Source of the DNA: an uncultured Pseudomonadales bacterium
Lineage (GTDB): Bacteria > Pseudomonadota > Gammaproteobacteria > Pseudomonadales > UBA7434
Length of the DNA: 64,000 nucleotides
Reading direction: 5' to 3'
Assembly (NCBI GenBank): GCA_905478995.1
Contig: CAJQKT010000023.1
Coordinates: 44,961-108,960, forward strand
Part shown: positions 1 to 9,944 of the stretch, in pieces
Layout of the letters: every line of letters begins with the position of its first letter
Numbering within the stretch: position 1 is the stretch's first letter
The notes under the pieces: generated by a model
Told to the model about the DNA's origin: nothing
The model's database searches: none
Seen by the model: only the letters and a program-made list of their open reading frames with translations
Translations under genes and position numbers: made by a program

Positions 1-3000
1 GCTTTACTCGTAATGGTGGGGTGCAATTCGGTGCGATTGGGTTTTTAAATAATTTACAATACGCGAGCTTAGATACACTTGATGTTCGCTGGGTTGATAA
101 GAGCCTACCTGAAGCGACGTTAGTTCAGCCACCCAGCCTCACTCTTGTACTGAATCACCTTAAGAAAAAACGGCAGCTTCATATAGAAGCAGCTAACCAA
201 AAATTTCACGGGTTAGTGCGAGGTAAATCCGTTGAGCACAATGCTGTTGATGCCGAAGATCATTTGGCAGGTGAAGCTGAGTTTGCGGCGGCAGAAATTA
301 AAGCAGGCGATCGTTTTGAATACGCGGTCAGTTCACAGGGTGACCTATTAAAGCAGGGCACTAATTTTGAGTCTTATTTTATTGCACAAGGCGAAAGTGC
401 GGCTGCGTGGCTTGGGCTGTTAAGTGGCGCATGGCAGGTACAAAACGTTGATATAGAAGCATGGGGCTCAAAAAGCAGAGCAGGCCCAGTGCGCGCAGCA
501 ATAAATATTAACGACGCCGATATTGTGTATGTCAACGATGCAAGCCTGAGCAATTCAGTTGCAGTTGGCCACACTAATGCTCGCAATTCAATTCGACTGC
601 AAAACGTGCGTAGCTTGCTGTCTATGCGTTGGCACACATCTTCAGAATTTGAGTTGAGTTGGAATGACTTCCGGTTTCGTGTCAGTACGCCAGACCAAGG
701 CAGAGAGTTGGCGCTACCGAACGGGGCGCTCAGTGCTGTTCCGGGTTGGCCGCGCAAGGATCGGTTTGTGCTAGCACTGCCGCGGTGGGATGTAAGCCCT
801 TCGATGGCTGATGTTTTAGCGCTCAACGTGCTGCCCACTCGCGCGCAGGATATATTGCAAACGCTCGATCCATCCGGCGGCCTAAAAAATATCGAGTTCG
901 TGTGGTCGGGCAGCAGCTTGGCGGACGTGCGTGTGCAGGCCGACGTTGAAGGCCTGTCAGTGCAGCCATGGTTAGGATCGCCCGGCATAGAAGGGCTTAG
1001 TGGGAGGGTGATATTTCAGCGTGATAAAGGCGCGTTTGTACTCGACAGCCCTTCGCAGTTGGCATTGTTTTTTCCAAAAATTTATACGCAAAAGCACGTT
1101 TTTCACAAAGCTTCTGGTGAGCTTGAGTGGTCGGTTGTACGTGATAGGCTATTGATTAATGGCGTCAATCTGTCACTGCAATCGTTAGATGGCAAGGTGG
1201 ACTATGGAGCAGGGTTTAATCTTGATGCCAAAATTAAAAAAGATGCTGCGCCAAGTAACCTGCGTTTAGAGGCAGGATTTACTCATGCTAAATTGCAGGA
1301 GTTGACGGACTTCGTCCCACTAACGCTACCCAGTAGTTTGCTGACATGGATCGAGCAAAGTGGCGCTGCTGGTACGGTCAATGAAGGCGCTTTCATTTAC
1401 AACGGTTCACTGGCTAAAGGTGATAGCGAAAATCGTAACGTACAAATATACCTTGATTTAGAAGATGCTTCGGCTCTCTATGCGCCCGACTGGCCGCCGG
1501 TGGAGAGGCTAACCGGTCTGTTGACCATCAACCCTAGCCAGAGCGCGCTCACACTTAGTTCAGCTGCGGTACAGGGTGTAGATTTGTTCGATGCGCAGAT
1601 TGATATACATACCAGCGAACAGAAGAGCTTTATTGATATTGAATCAAAGCTGGTCAGTAGTTTTTCTGATGCGCTGAGTTTTTTGCAGCAAACGCCAGCC
1701 GGCGTTGCTGTTACCGGTATTTTGGGTGAGTGGACTGGCAGTGGTTTGTTACAAGAGGCCGCTTTGAGTTTGCGTGTGCCACTAGGTACTAATGAGCGAG
1801 CGCTTGACGATCTGAAGTTTACTGCAGTACTCGACAACGTAGCATTGCAAATGAACAATTTGGAGCTTGAGCTAGAGCAGGTGCGCGGCCCGATTGCTTA
1901 TAGTTTGGCGAACGGATTGGAGTCTAAAGGTTTGCAGGCAACATTGTGGCAGCAGCCTTGGCTCATTAAATTGGGCGACCGTGGCACCTCAGGCTTGCTT
2001 CAAGCTGCGGACAATGTATTTATTGATGCGCAGGGTGCTGCCGAGATGGGATCTATTGGGCAGTGGTTGCAGCAGCCGGTGTTTGGTTTTGCCAGTGGCG
2101 TAGCGAATGTTGATGTGAGGCTCGAACATACCAGTATCAATAGTGAGCTCATGATCAGGAGTGATTTGAAGAATGTTGTTATCGACGCGCCGTCTCCTTT
2201 TTATAAGCCTGCGGCGCAAGCACTGCCGACGACTATAAAATGGAACCTCAGCCAGAAGAATCAGCCGTTGTCATTACAGTTGCTTGATGCATTACAAGGA
2301 CGCTTCGAATTTGATAACTTTGCTCTGGATGGCGGTGTGATAACACTTACTGACCCTGATGAATTCTTTAATGATGAATTCAATTTCTCGCCCGACTCCG
2401 GCGCTAGCGCCGCTGTGCAGAGTTCTGTTGATGAGAATAGTTATGAGCTGGGAGCGCTGGTAATCAATGGCAGGCTCAAGGAATTTAATTTGACGGCCTG
2501 GCAACGCGCGCTAGATCGTTATCAAGGTTATGAGGAATTGCTCCAGTCGGCTAGTTCAAGCATGCAAAGTGCTGCCACTGATGGCGCACCACTGAGCTTA
2601 AAAGGAAAGAATTTGCGCATTGATCATGCGTTGGCGTTTGATCAGGATTTCAATGATGCGGTTGTCAGTTTTGCTGAAACCGAAGATGAAAGTGCTTGGC
2701 AGTTTGATCTTGAAAGCGATGTTGTTAAGGGCCTCATCATTTTGCCCTCATTTTATTCGAATGCCGAGAGTCCACTGAGTGCGGTCGTTGCTAATGCGAC
2801 AGTTGATGCGCCCGGTCTATCGGCAGTTGCGGTCACTAACAAAACATTGATGGACCTTGATCATTTGCCCAATCTTCCTGAATTGAGTGAGGTTGGTCGT
2901 CGAATAGTGCTGGATCTTGATTATTTGCGCTTTTCTCGTCGCCCTCCCGCAATTAAAAGCGAGGCCTCGTCGTCTGAGCCCGCCGCATTGTTAGAGCCGG

Positions 3001-3890
3001 CTCAGTTGCAGCCTTTGGATGTGAGTATTGATAATCTCTATGTGGGCGAGCAGAGTTATGGCGCTTGGAATTTTCTGCTTACCAGCAGTAGTAACGCGGT
3101 TTTAGCGCATGATATTCGCGCCCAATTTTCTACATTAACGTTTCGTTCGGATGAGGATGATGGGCTGCTGTGGGCCTATGACGAGCAAGGAGCCATGGTG
3201 TCGGCACTTAATCTGCGCGCGAGCAGTGAAGACTTCAGTCAGTTTTTAGATCGCATGGTTAAGAATGAGGGGCAGCTGCCTATGCATGCCAAACGTCTAG
3301 AGGCCGATTTGTCTTTGTCCTGGTCCGGTGCGCCTGAGCAAATATCTTTGCAGGGCCTCAACGGCGACTTAACGTTTTCTTTTAAAGAGGGAAGATTTTT
3401 TCAGGCTTCGGAGTCGACTACGGGATTTTTGAAGCTTTTAGGTTTATTTAATTTCGATTCTTTGGTGCGGAGAATTCAGCTTGATTTTACTGATGTCTAT
3501 AAGCAAGGTTTAAGCTTCGATGAGATGAAGGGTGAGTTATTGTTTTCAAATAATCTCCTGTCGTTTGCTGATGTGCCCATTCAGGTTACATCACCCTCTA
3601 GCAAGTTCAGCATGGCAGGTGCGATTGATATGCGTCAATCAACCATTGACGCTGAACTGATTGCAACGATGCCCGTGGCCAATAATTTGCCTTGGATTGC
3701 AGCATTGGCAGGAGGCCCTGCGGCGGCGGCGGGGGCCTTTATCGTCACTCGGGTATTGGGCGATCAGTTTGATCAGTTGTCTAGCGCGGCTTACAGTGTG
3801 CAGGGTCGCCTTGATGACCCTAAGGTTAAGTTTGAGCGCTTATTTGATAATGAAAAAACCAAGTCTCAAGCAACCACAGCGTTGCCCTAA
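1..3890 (+). CDS. yhdP: YhdP-family (AsmA-like) envelope protein, 5' end outside the window
   Basis: The frame of the 21..3890 ORF stays open back to nt 3, and the visible N-terminus has no membrane anchor, so the true start lies upstream. The product exceeds 1289 aa. The C-terminal segment (FNFDSLVRRIQLDFTDVYKQGLSFDEMKGEL ... VQGRLDDPKVKF) matches my memory of the conserved YhdP/TIGR02099 C-terminus. Confidence 0.75.
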   Translation, partial: FTRNGGVQFGAIGFLNNLQYASLDTLDVRWVDKSLPEATLVQPPSLTLVLNHLKKKRQLHIEAANQKFHGLVRGKSVEHNAVDAEDHLAGEAEFAAAEIKAGDRFEYAVSSQGDLLKQGTNFESYFIAQGESAAAWLGLLSGAWQVQNVDIEAWGSKSRAGPVRAAININDADIVYVNDASLSNSVAVGHTNARNSIRLQNVRSLLSMRWHTSSEFELSWNDFRFRVSTPDQGRELALPNGALSAVPGWPRKDRFVLALPRWDVSPSMADVLALNVLPTRAQDILQTLDPSGGLKNIEFVWSGSSLADVRVQADVEGLSVQPWLGSPGIEGLSGRVIFQRDKGAFVLDSPSQLALFFPKIYTQKHVFHKASGELEWSVVRDRLLINGVNLSLQSLDGKVDYGAGFNLDAKIKKDAAPSNLRLEAGFTHAKLQELTDFVPLTLPSSLLTWIEQSGAAGTVNEGAFIYNGSLAKGDSENRNVQIYLDLEDASALYAPDWPPVERLTGLLTINPSQSALTLSSAAVQGVDLFDAQIDIHTSEQKSFIDIESKLVSSFSDALSFLQQTPAGVAVTGILGEWTGSGLLQEAALSLRVPLGTNERALDDLKFTAVLDNVALQMNNLELELEQVRGPIAYSLANGLESKGLQATLWQQPWLIKLGDRGTSGLLQAADNVFIDAQGAAEMGSIGQWLQQPVFGFASGVANVDVRLEHTSINSELMIRSDLKNVVIDAPSPFYKPAAQALPTTIKWNLSQKNQPLSLQLLDALQGRFEFDNFALDGGVITLTDPDEFFNDEFNFSPDSGASAAVQSSVDENSYELGALVINGRLKEFNLTAWQRALDRYQGYEELLQSASSSMQSAATDGAPLSLKGKNLRIDHALAFDQDFNDAVVSFAETEDESAWQFDLESDVVKGLIILPSFYSNAESPLSAVVANATVDAPGLSAVAVTNKTLMDLDHLPNLPELSEVGRRIVLDLDYLRFSRRPPAIKSEASSSEPAALLEPAQLQPLDVSIDNLYVGEQSYGAWNFLLTSSSNAVLAHDIRAQFSTLTFRSDEDDGLLWAYDEQGAMVSALNLRASSEDFSQFLDRMVKNEGQLPMHAKRLEADLSLSWSGAPEQISLQGLNGDLTFSFKEGRFFQASESTTGFLKLLGLFNFDSLVRRIQLDFTDVYKQGLSFDEMKGELLFSNNLLSFADVPIQVTSPSSKFSMAGAIDMRQSTIDAELIATMPVANNLPWIAALAGGPAAAAGAFIVTRVLGDQFDQLSSAAYSVQGRLDDPKVKFERLFDNEKTKSQATTALP

Positions 3891-3911
3891 TTAATTAGTA
3901 GAGGTTGCTTG

Positions 3912-3967
3912 CCTACCTACCTACCTACCTACCTACCTACCTACCTACCTACCTACCTACCTACCTA
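3912..3967. repeat. Perfect tetranucleotide microsatellite (CCTA)14, = (TAGG)14 on the minus strand
   Basis: Counted directly: 14 uninterrupted CCTA units over 56 nt, starting 22 nt after the yhdP stop. The TAG stop (3961-3963) of the convergent minus-strand gene is made of repeat sequence. Confidence 0.98.
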
Positions 3968-5838
3968 CTAGCTGTGGTGATCGCACTATACCTCCGCCTT
4001 ATTATAAGCGTTAGAAGAGAGGCTAGTGCGGCAAATCCGATTAGAGGCAGGATGGGCACAGCTTCACTGCCGGCATCGGGGTCTAGTGGGGCATAGTCGG
4101 CGCCGTCGAGCACGCCATCGTTGTCGGTGTCACTGTCGTTTGGATCGGTGTCGATGCCGGGCGTATAGTTGGAAGGGTCGCCATCACGGTTAACTTCAAT
4201 GAAGTCGGACATGAAGTCTTCGTCGGAGTCGGCGTTTTCTGGGTCGAGCCCCAGACTAATTTCAACAGCATTAGCTAGGCCATCGCTATCTGCATCACCG
4301 GTCAAATCGACCACTAGAGTCATCGTGTCCAAGCCTGTCTGACCGCTATTGTCAGTGACGCTCGCCGTTATTAAATGGACCCCATCGCTAAGTGAGGGGT
4401 TGATGGCCGCGCCACTCCCTATCGGTCCATCGATGGATGAATTCCAGCTAACGCTACCGCTTAAATCGCCTTGCTCAAAATCGCTCGCAGTGGCAGTCAG
4501 AGATTGTGGTGCGCTATAAAAAATGGCGTTTTCAGCGGGAGAAGAAATCGTTGTCTCAGGGGGTAAATCATCGGTTACCTCAAGGATAAAATCGATAGCG
4601 CTGGTTGGTGTGCTGCCATCATCAGCTGTTAGGGTAATGATGGTTGACCCGGTCGAGTTAAGATTGGGTGCTATGTTGAGAGTGCGGAGTCTGCCCGTGC
4701 CGCTAAGGACGATATTATTATTGCTGACAACCGTTGTGTTGGATGAGTTACCCACTATGCTCAAGCTGCTTGGGTCAGTGTCGTTATCCATCACTGTGAA
4801 ATCCACCGTAAGAGTTTGGATGTCGCGCAGGAGTTGATTGTCTATCGTTGAGATGACGGTTTCTTGGTTGGCTTGTATGCTCCACCCCATATCGGCTAGC
4901 ACATAGGTTGCTAAGCCAATATTGCTAGCGGTGCCGGTTTGTTGGTGTTCCATCAACTGAAAGGGTTCAAATGCATTGCTAAAGTGCGAGACAGAGCTGA
5001 ACGTTGATAGGGTCGATGGTGCATAGAGTCGGGCATGCCCTTGATTAATGCCATCGGTTAACCCCCCTAAATTGTTCTGTACATGGTTACCGATAAAATG
5101 GAGGTCAGGGTCATCTTTGGCCGAAGCTGCACGTTGAGAGTTCGTCATATTAGGCCATATTTTTCCAAGGCTATGATCTTCGATGTTTAACATGTAAGCA
5201 TCGTCGCTCCCGCTTTGCTTGGCGCCGCTAGTTAAGTTGACTCGCGTTAGAAAACCGATGCCATGCATTACCTCATGCAATACCGTGGTTAGAAAATCAA
5301 TATCGTTACTGGGCGGATTGCCGTCTAAACCATAGTACCAATTGCGGTTATCAAGGCAGCCGCTATTGTTATCGACGCTGCTATTAAATGTCATTCCCAT
5401 ATCGTCAGTCGACGGATTGAGGTCTGCGCCAGATAAACTGTTGGCTTGAGCCTGTGAATAAAAAGTATTACTTAGAGGCGTGCCCAAAAAGTTTTGATGA
5501 AACCCGTTGGGCCCTGCAAGGCCGAGTATGCCTGATGTGGCATCGCAAGTTAGTGGGTCAAACTTAGCTTCAATGCTAATGGGCACGGTGCTATTGATGA
5601 CACTAGCGACAAGCGCAGCAGCATACTCAAAGACTATAACTCTTTGCTGTCCCACTGTGTTGCCAATATTGCCGCCAATGGGCAGGGAGGGGGTTGGATC
5701 GTTTAAACCCTCGTTTGCATCGTCACTGTTATTAAGGGTAATCGTTGTTGCCATCACCGATATTGGCATACCCACAAGAGCAAAGAGCAGGGCAACTAGC
5801 CCTAATTGATGGTTTTTTTTGTTTGTAATGATTGCCAT
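3961..5838 (-). CDS. Secreted mosaic protein: HExxH metalloprotease-like domain, Ig/cadherin-like repeats, TSP3-like Asp-rich Ca-binding repeats, PEP-CTERM-like tail
   Basis: I moved the start to ATG 5838 because MAIITNKKNHQLGLVALLFALVGMPISVMA reads as a signal peptide and the upstream gene stops at 5858. Zinc-site-like motif TTVLHEVMHGIGF. Asp-rich repeats DSDGLANAVE, DPENADSDED, DTDPNDSDTDNDGVLDGAD. C-terminus AVPILPLIGFAALASLLTLIIRRR. Confidence 0.8.
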   Translation of the reverse strand: MAIITNKKNHQLGLVALLFALVGMPISVMATTITLNNSDDANEGLNDPTPSLPIGGNIGNTVGQQRVIVFEYAAALVASVINSTVPISIEAKFDPLTCDATSGILGLAGPNGFHQNFLGTPLSNTFYSQAQANSLSGADLNPSTDDMGMTFNSSVDNNSGCLDNRNWYYGLDGNPPSNDIDFLTTVLHEVMHGIGFLTRVNLTSGAKQSGSDDAYMLNIEDHSLGKIWPNMTNSQRAASAKDDPDLHFIGNHVQNNLGGLTDGINQGHARLYAPSTLSTFSSVSHFSNAFEPFQLMEHQQTGTASNIGLATYVLADMGWSIQANQETVISTIDNQLLRDIQTLTVDFTVMDNDTDPSSLSIVGNSSNTTVVSNNNIVLSGTGRLRTLNIAPNLNSTGSTIITLTADDGSTPTSAIDFILEVTDDLPPETTISSPAENAIFYSAPQSLTATASDFEQGDLSGSVSWNSSIDGPIGSGAAINPSLSDGVHLITASVTDNSGQTGLDTMTLVVDLTGDADSDGLANAVEISLGLDPENADSDEDFMSDFIEVNRDGDPSNYTPGIDTDPNDSDTDNDGVLDGADYAPLDPDAGSEAVPILPLIGFAALASLLTLIIRRRYSAITTASR

Positions 5839-5857
5839 GAATGCTCGGTTTTTTGAT

Positions 5858-6331
5858 TTATTGTGCGGCGATTTTTTCTGGCAGTGGTTGCATAATATCG
5901 GCGACCACCGTGTTGTTGTCATCATCTATAATGGCGATCATGACTGACGAGGAGCGATCTGATAAATCTATAAAGCTGCCATGCACTGCTGGTGTTTTTT
6001 GTGGTGGTTGATTGTTTGGGCGCAGGTAGTTATTGATCTCATCGCGCACGGTGGGCAGTAGTCGTCGATCGATTAGCTCTGCTAGATCCTGTTCGCTCAG
6101 TGGACGGTTTGTTGTATTCAATAACGCAGACTGATTTTTATTGTCTGACGCGATTTTTTCTTTGGTGTTGGGTTGCTCGACTGCAGCGCTGGCTTGAATA
6201 TTATTGGCATGGATTTGAGGCGGCTGATCGCTCGTTACTTTAGGCTTGAGCATAAAGTGCCAGCCACTACCGATCAATACTGCCAGCAATAAGCCAAAAG
6301 CTAATGATTGCACTAAGCTGGGTTTTCTCAT
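5858..6331 (-). CDS. Hypothetical N-terminally membrane-anchored protein (157 aa), probably co-transcribed with the HExxH protein
   Basis: ORF with one N-terminal hydrophobic helix (SLAFGLLLAVLIGSGW) followed by a polar Q/N/P-rich region. Its stop lies 19 nt upstream of the next start. I recognise no family. Confidence 0.55.
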   Translation of the reverse strand: MRKPSLVQSLAFGLLLAVLIGSGWHFMLKPKVTSDQPPQIHANNIQASAAVEQPNTKEKIASDNKNQSALLNTTNRPLSEQDLAELIDRRLLPTVRDEINNYLRPNNQPPQKTPAVHGSFIDLSDRSSSVMIAIIDDDNNTVVADIMQPLPEKIAAQ

Positions 6332-6498
6332 GATCAGGTTGATTGACTATCTTTTTGTTATTTGGAAATCGCTAAGTTAGCAGTCTAGGGGGCGCTGTGC
6401 AACAGGGAACATAGCGCTGAGGGTTGGGTTTGTGTAAGACCCGCGACTGGCCTCACCTATTATGAAGCCCAGCAAACGCCGATGAACGCTTCTCAAAC

Positions 6499-7128
6499 CT
6501 AATCAGCGACTTTGGTGCTAGTTTGTATGATATCGCGCACGTAGGTATAAAGTTTGCGCGCTGATGCAGGGGCTCGGGCTGAAGCGGGTTCTTGTTGTTT
6601 TAGTTCGTGAGCGCACTGTCGGCGAATTTGGCGTAGCCACTGTCTGTCGGCTGTTGGATACTGCAAGATAAACGCTTCTATGGAATTTGAATCCTCACCG
6701 AGTATCCGGTCACGCCATCGCTCACATTGATGCAGTTCATCGATCTGCTGAGCGCTTTGGTTATTTAACTCTTTAAGTAACTGTTCGCAGCGCTCAATAA
6801 AAAGCGGGTCCTCCTTGCGCATTAGTTTGCCAATGTATTGCATTTGACGACGCAAAGCCTCATTTTTTTTAGTTATGCGGGCAAGCGCAATGGCATCGAC
6901 TAGTGAAGTGGAGGGGTTTAGGTTTTCGACGAGGCCGAGTTTTAAATCAACGAGTTCGGTGCCTAGTTTTTGCAAGCGATGCATCTGACGTTTGCGCTCG
7001 CTTTTGCTAACGGCGTCCGGGCCTTCATTACCACTAGCATCAGTGGGTGATGATTTGTCAGGATCAGATATTTTGGTCTTGCTCAATGAATATGTACTCT
7101 GTAGCTGGTTACTGGTTGGGTAAGTCAA
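6499..7128 (-). CDS. yjgA: Ribosome-associated protein YjgA/DarP (DUF615 family)
   Basis: 209-aa basic helical protein. The segment SKSERKRQMHRLQKLGTELVDL and the overall layout resemble YjgA. Confidence 0.7.
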   Translation of the reverse strand: MTYPTSNQLQSTYSLSKTKISDPDKSSPTDASGNEGPDAVSKSERKRQMHRLQKLGTELVDLKLGLVENLNPSTSLVDAIALARITKKNEALRRQMQYIGKLMRKEDPLFIERCEQLLKELNNQSAQQIDELHQCERWRDRILGEDSNSIEAFILQYPTADRQWLRQIRRQCAHELKQQEPASARAPASARKLYTYVRDIIQTSTKVAD

Positions 7129-7131
7129 TCA

Positions 7132-8502
7132 CTACGCGTAGAACAGGGTTGCTAAGCCAAGAAATGACATAAACCCTACCACATCAGTCACGGTTGTGAG
7201 CGCGACCCCGCCCGCTATTGCCGGATCAATATTTAATTTACGTAAAATTAATGGCAGGGTTGCTCCTGCCAGTGCAGCGGTAATAAGGGTAATAATCATT
7301 GCTGCGGCAATGATGAATCCAATAGTTGTATCATCGAACCATAGGGCTGCAGCAACGGCCACAACGCCACCCCACAAAACTGCATTGATGGTGCCAACAA
7401 TTAATTCTCGGTTAACAATCCAACGGGAGTTGTGTTGTTCGATGTGGCCCACCGCGAGGCCACGAATAACAATAGCTAGTGTTTGCGTACCGGCAACACC
7501 GCCCATACTGGCTACGATAGGCATGAGGATGGCTAGTGCGACCACTTTGTCTATAGCATCATGAAAAAGATTAATGACCGAGGCTGCTAAAAAGGCCGTC
7601 ATTAGGTTGATACCCAGCCAAATGGCGCGCCGCGGCGTTGTTTTAGCGACGGGCGAAAAAGTATCTTCCTCTTCATCCAGACCTGCCATCCCCATGAAGG
7701 AGTGATCGGCGCCTTCTCGAATGACATCAACAATATCATCGATAGTAATACGACCGAGTAACTTCCCTTGCTCGTTGACTACCGGAGCCGATACCCAGTC
7801 ATTGCGCTCAAAGCGCATAGCGATATCACTTTCTTCCATCAATACCGGAATTGTTTCAGTTTCTGTGAGCATAATTTCGCGCACTGTATTTTGCGGATCT
7901 GAAACAAGTATTTTGGTCAGCGGCAAGATGCCGATAAATTCATCTTTACGATTAACTACATAAAGATTATCGGTCATATCGGGTATTTCATTGTGGCGGC
8001 GCAAGTATCGCAGCACCACGTCTAATGTGTGCATTGGCCGAACCGTAATGGTGTCGGTGTTCATCAGGCCGCCGGCTGTATTCTCCGGATAATGAATGGC
8101 TTGAGCAATGCGTTGACGATCTTGCACGCTCATCGACTGTAGGATTTCTTGAGTTACTTTGTTGGGCAGTTGCTGCAGAATATCGACCAGATCATCGGTT
8201 TCGATGTCGGCTGATAATGCCGCAAGTTCTTTCAAGTCCATAGTTGCGGCGAATTGCCCCTGCAATTCATCGCTGAGGCAGGCGAGTACTTCGCTACGAT
8301 TATCTTCGTCTAGCAGCGACCAGAGGATGGCTCGCGAGTCGGGCGGTGACGATTCGATCAGGTGAGCAGTGTCTGCGGCTGGCAGACGATTGAGCATGTA
8401 TCGTGCCTGCTGAAAGGTGCCCGAGTCGAGTAAGTCAGAGACTTCTTGGCTTAGTGAGGTCGTTATTTTCTCGGCGATTCCTGAGGGCATAATTGTTGCC
8501 AT
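7132..8502 (-). CDS. mgtE: Magnesium transporter MgtE
   Basis: 456 aa: MgtE N-domain, tandem CBS-like repeats (e.g. VNEQGKLLGRITIDDIVDVI), and a 5-TM C-terminal channel domain ending TDVVGFMSFLGLATLF. Confidence 0.9.
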   Translation of the reverse strand: MATIMPSGIAEKITTSLSQEVSDLLDSGTFQQARYMLNRLPAADTAHLIESSPPDSRAILWSLLDEDNRSEVLACLSDELQGQFAATMDLKELAALSADIETDDLVDILQQLPNKVTQEILQSMSVQDRQRIAQAIHYPENTAGGLMNTDTITVRPMHTLDVVLRYLRRHNEIPDMTDNLYVVNRKDEFIGILPLTKILVSDPQNTVREIMLTETETIPVLMEESDIAMRFERNDWVSAPVVNEQGKLLGRITIDDIVDVIREGADHSFMGMAGLDEEEDTFSPVAKTTPRRAIWLGINLMTAFLAASVINLFHDAIDKVVALAILMPIVASMGGVAGTQTLAIVIRGLAVGHIEQHNSRWIVNRELIVGTINAVLWGGVVAVAAALWFDDTTIGFIIAAAMIITLITAALAGATLPLILRKLNIDPAIAGGVALTTVTDVVGFMSFLGLATLFYA

Positions 8503-8793
8503 TCATAGTGGTGCTTGTTCGGATTGTCAAAGAGCCGCCGAAATGACTCAGGGCTTTGTCAGTAGTTGCGTTGCAGCAAGCCTACGCGTGGTTGCAATCC
8601 GCCAGCTGGGTTTTGCAAAGCTAGCACAACAAGTATGGTTCAAAGAGAAAATGCCAACAAGGTTTGATGCAGTCAACATTACCAAATGTAGCGGCGAACC
8701 ACAGGCGCCTATATCTCGACTGGGGGTGGGATAAAGCAATATGTTGGGTTGGTGGTTTACTTGGTTGGCTAGAGAGGCTAAGCCAGCGTTTTA

Positions 8794-9063
8794 TTATTTA
8801 TCTTCGCCAAATCTTTCAGCAATGACTTGTTCAATAGCAACGGCGGCCGCTTCCTCGTCTGGCCCGTTAATTGAAAAGCTTAGTTCACTGCCAAAGGGCG
8901 CGGCTAGCAACATGACTGACATAATGCTTTTGCCATTAGCCTTGGTGCCTGCATGCGTGATGGTGACTTCGCTAGCAAACTGGTTGATAACATCGAGTAG
9001 CCGGTTGGCAGCTCGAGCATGTAATCCCAGCTTATTGATAAGTGTCAGCTGTAGAGTAATCAT
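8794..9063 (-). CDS. ptsO: HPr-family phosphocarrier NPr
   Basis: 89 aa with the HPr signature NKLGLHARAA. It overlaps the rapZ stop, as in the rpoN operon. Confidence 0.85.
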   Translation of the reverse strand: MITLQLTLINKLGLHARAANRLLDVINQFASEVTITHAGTKANGKSIMSVMLLAAPFGSELSFSINGPDEEAAAVAIEQVIAERFGEDK

Positions 9064-9944
9064 CGTTTTGTCTCGAGTCTTTCGAGCTCTCGATGCCTAA
9101 CTTGAACTTCAGTAAGGTGTTCTTGAAAGTATTTGAAGAGCTGTTCGGCAATATAAACCGAGCGATGACGTCCTCCGGTACAGCCAATCGAAACGGTTAA
9201 GTAGCTACGGTTGCCTGCACGAAAGCGAGGGATCCATGTATCTAAATAATTTCGAATGTCATCCACCATGCTGCGCACATCTGCATGTGCATGCAAGAAT
9301 TGTTGTATCGCTGTATCTTTTCCTGTGAGCGCTCGCAGCTCCATTTGCCAGTATGGATTGGGAAGGCAGCGCACATCAAATACCAAATCGGAGTCAATGG
9401 GTATGCTGCTTTTAAAGCCAAATGACTGGAACATCACGGACAAACCTTTGCCGCTAGTTTCTCCTATACGCTGCTCTATTAATTCGCGCAATTGGTGTAG
9501 GTTCATCGTAGTGGTATCGATGCTCAAGTCAGCCATCGACGCGATGCTGTCTAGACGTTGTGATTCTACGGCTAGGGCTTCAGGTAGAGACACGTTTGCG
9601 TTACTTAGTGGATGTTTGCGCCGAGTTTCTGAGAAGCGTTTTATGAGTGTGTCGTCTTTCGCATCGAGAAACACTACGTTAATGTCAAAGTCACCAGGAA
9701 TTTTTTCTAGTAGGGCGGGAAATCGTGAGAGGTCAGAGCCGATGTTGCGCGCATCAATCCCAATAGCAAGTTTCATATTCTGTGTGTTGGTCGCATGCTG
9801 ATGACCGGCTTGCGCATGGGACGCGAGGGCGGGCATCAAGCCCACGGGTAAGTTGTCTACGCAGTAATAGCCCATGTCCTCAAGCGTATTGAGTGCTGTA
9901 CTTTTTCCTGAGCCAGAGCGACCGCTAATGATGATGAGCTTCAT
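9060..9944 (-). CDS. rapZ: RNase adapter protein RapZ (YhbJ)
   Basis: N-terminal Walker A GRSGSGKST and C-terminal GCTGGRHRSV motif. Position between ptsN and ptsO is conserved. Confidence 0.9.
   Translation of the reverse strand: MKLIIISGRSGSGKSTALNTLEDMGYYCVDNLPVGLMPALASHAQAGHQHATNTQNMKLAIGIDARNIGSDLSRFPALLEKIPGDFDINVVFLDAKDDTLIKRFSETRRKHPLSNANVSLPEALAVESQRLDSIASMADLSIDTTTMNLHQLRELIEQRIGETSGKGLSVMFQSFGFKSSIPIDSDLVFDVRCLPNPYWQMELRALTGKDTAIQQFLHAHADVRSMVDDIRNYLDTWIPRFRAGNRSYLTVSIGCTGGRHRSVYIAEQLFKYFQEHLTEVQVRHRELERLETKR

Noticed and set aside
3905-4096. Track ORF translating to MLAYLPTYLPTYLPTYLPTYL... (a repetitive YLPT peptide)
   Set aside because: It is simply the (CCTA)14 microsatellite read in one frame. 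It also runs antisense through the well-supported C-terminus of the minus-strand surface protein. There is no independent coding evidence.
8503-8793. Possible Mg2+ riboswitch (M-box) in the 291-nt region upstream of mgtE
   Set aside because: I could not identify any of the conserved M-box helices or sequence blocks, and the element is characteristic of Firmicutes. This is most likely just a promoter region.
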